Shown here: positions 32,504 through 33,226 of the stretch, piece after piece
Layout of the letters: the number at the start of each line of letters is the position of its first letter
Numbering within the stretch: position 1 is the first letter of the stretch
Assembly: GCA_035577885.1 (NCBI GenBank)
Contig: DATLUU010000748.1
Coordinates: forward strand, 1 to 33,226
Source: Verrucomicrobiia bacterium
GTDB taxonomy: Bacteria > Eisenbacteria > RBG-16-71-46
Length of the DNA stretch: 33,226 bases
Direction of reading: 5' to 3'
The notes under the pieces: model-generated
Seen by the model: only the letters and a program-made list of their open reading frames with translations
Database searches by the model: none
Told to the model about the DNA's origin: nothing
Program-made: the position numbers and the translations under genes

Positions 32504-33187
32504 TCAGGCCCCGCGACTGCCCCGCAGCTCCTCGAGGGCGACCAGCTCCTGGATCGCCCGCAGCGCGAGCTCCTCACGGCCGAGGGCGCGCAGGCTGGTC
32601 CACTCGTGCCGCAGCTCCCGCGCCAGCGGGTTCTCGAGGGTGCGAAGCCAGCCTTCGATCATCAGGTCGATGAACTCGCGCTTCTCGTCGATGCTCAGCT
32701 CGCGCGTGAGCAGCAGGCGCGATGCGCACTCCGTGTCGACGAGCGTCTGCAGCACGCCCCAGCGCTCGCCGGGGCGCTCCGCGCACACCGGCGCGAAAGC
32801 CGCGTTCCCCGTGTGCCGGAGCAGCTCTCCCTCGCGCGTGGTCAGGCTCTCGTGCTCCTTGGTCTCGTCCCAGCTGTCGGAGTCGTCGGCCAGGTACCTC
32901 AGATAGAGCATGGCGAAGCGACACGTCGGCGCCAGCAGGTCCCGGCGCATGCTCCCGTCCACCCCGAGCGCGGCCGCGGCGCGCATGCACCGGCGGGACA
33001 GCGAGTCGGCGAAGCGCCGGCCGAACACGAGCGCCACCGACTCGCGGACGAAATGCGGCATCTCGGAGGCGATGATCTCCTGGTAGCCGGGTGCGTGTCG
33101 TGCGAGCAGGGTCACGGCGCGCCGGTCGAGGGCGGCGAGATCGCTCGTCACCGCCGGCAGGCCGAGGGTGGTGCAGGCGAGGTTCAT
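32504..33187 (-). CDS. Helical hypothetical protein upstream of the CotH-like gene (may extend past the window edge)
   Basis: 227-aa ORF on the same strand, 56 nt upstream of the CotH-like start. The frame remains open from the ATG at 33187 to nt 33226 (AWPEGVSLPRAIT-M), so the true start may lie outside the window. I recognise no motif. Confidence 0.5.
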   Translation of the reverse strand: MNLACTTLGLPAVTSDLAALDRRAVTLLARHAPGYQEIIASEMPHFVRESVALVFGRRFADSLSRRCMRAAAALGVDGSMRRDLLAPTCRFAMLYLRYLADDSDSWDETKEHESLTTREGELLRHTGNAAFAPVCAERPGERWGVLQTLVDTECASRLLLTRELSIDEKREFIDLMIEGWLRTLENPLARELRHEWTSLRALGREELALRAIQELVALEELRGSRGA

Positions 33188-33226
33188 GGTGATCGCGCGG
33201 GGCAGGGATACGCCCTCCGGCCAGGC

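Noticed and set aside
1-33226. Mobile elements, CRISPR arrays, tRNA/rRNA genes, toxin-antitoxin pairs and recognisable phage-defence genes.
   Set aside because: I found no transposase, integrase or recombinase motifs, no regularly spaced repeats, no cloverleaf-like low-GC islands and no short paired ORFs. Apart from the regions listed under features and findings, the window is continuous protein-coding sequence.

Overview
This is a high-GC, densely coding bacterial chromosomal window. I saw no rRNA, tRNA, CRISPR array, transposase or integrase. It divides into four parts.

(1) nt 1-19142: one long same-strand operon of 15 ORFs with almost no intergenic DNA. Eleven consecutive junctions are 4-nt ATGA/GTGA start/stop overlaps. 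It encodes 4 GT-B glycosyltransferases, 5 paralogous APH/maltokinase-fold kinases, a small beta-rich acidic-tailed protein, two half-size type-I ABC exporters, a sensor histidine kinase, an OmpR-type response regulator and an HprK-related P-loop kinase. It ends at a clear hairpin plus T5 terminator. Three of the five kinases carry a conserved HG[S/A]FRxxH motif in place of the catalytic HxD. I know of no characterised pathway with this composition, and it is my lead candidate for an undescribed system.

(2) nt 19283-24854: a secreted DUF5666-like protein, then TolC-like, HlyD-like and MacB/FtsX-type permease genes with no ATPase gene, then a secreted protein with a FlgD-Ig/T9SS-like C-terminal domain.

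(3) nt 25034-27827: a secreted VIT+vWA protein whose C-terminus reads GAEP, then a TM helix, then RRR. It directly abuts a minimal 179-aa exosortase-family protein (Cys/Arg/His candidates present) and a small 2-TM ORF. This looks like a dedicated one-substrate exosortase module.

(4) nt 27812-33226: a lower-GC segment. Two roughly half-identical secreted alpha/beta-hydrolase paralogs lie in inverted orientation around a P-loop NTPase gene, with a palindrome/direct-repeat operator candidate in the divergent promoter. A CotH-family kinase lipoprotein operon follows on the minus strand.

All family assignments come from motif recognition by eye. No searches were run.
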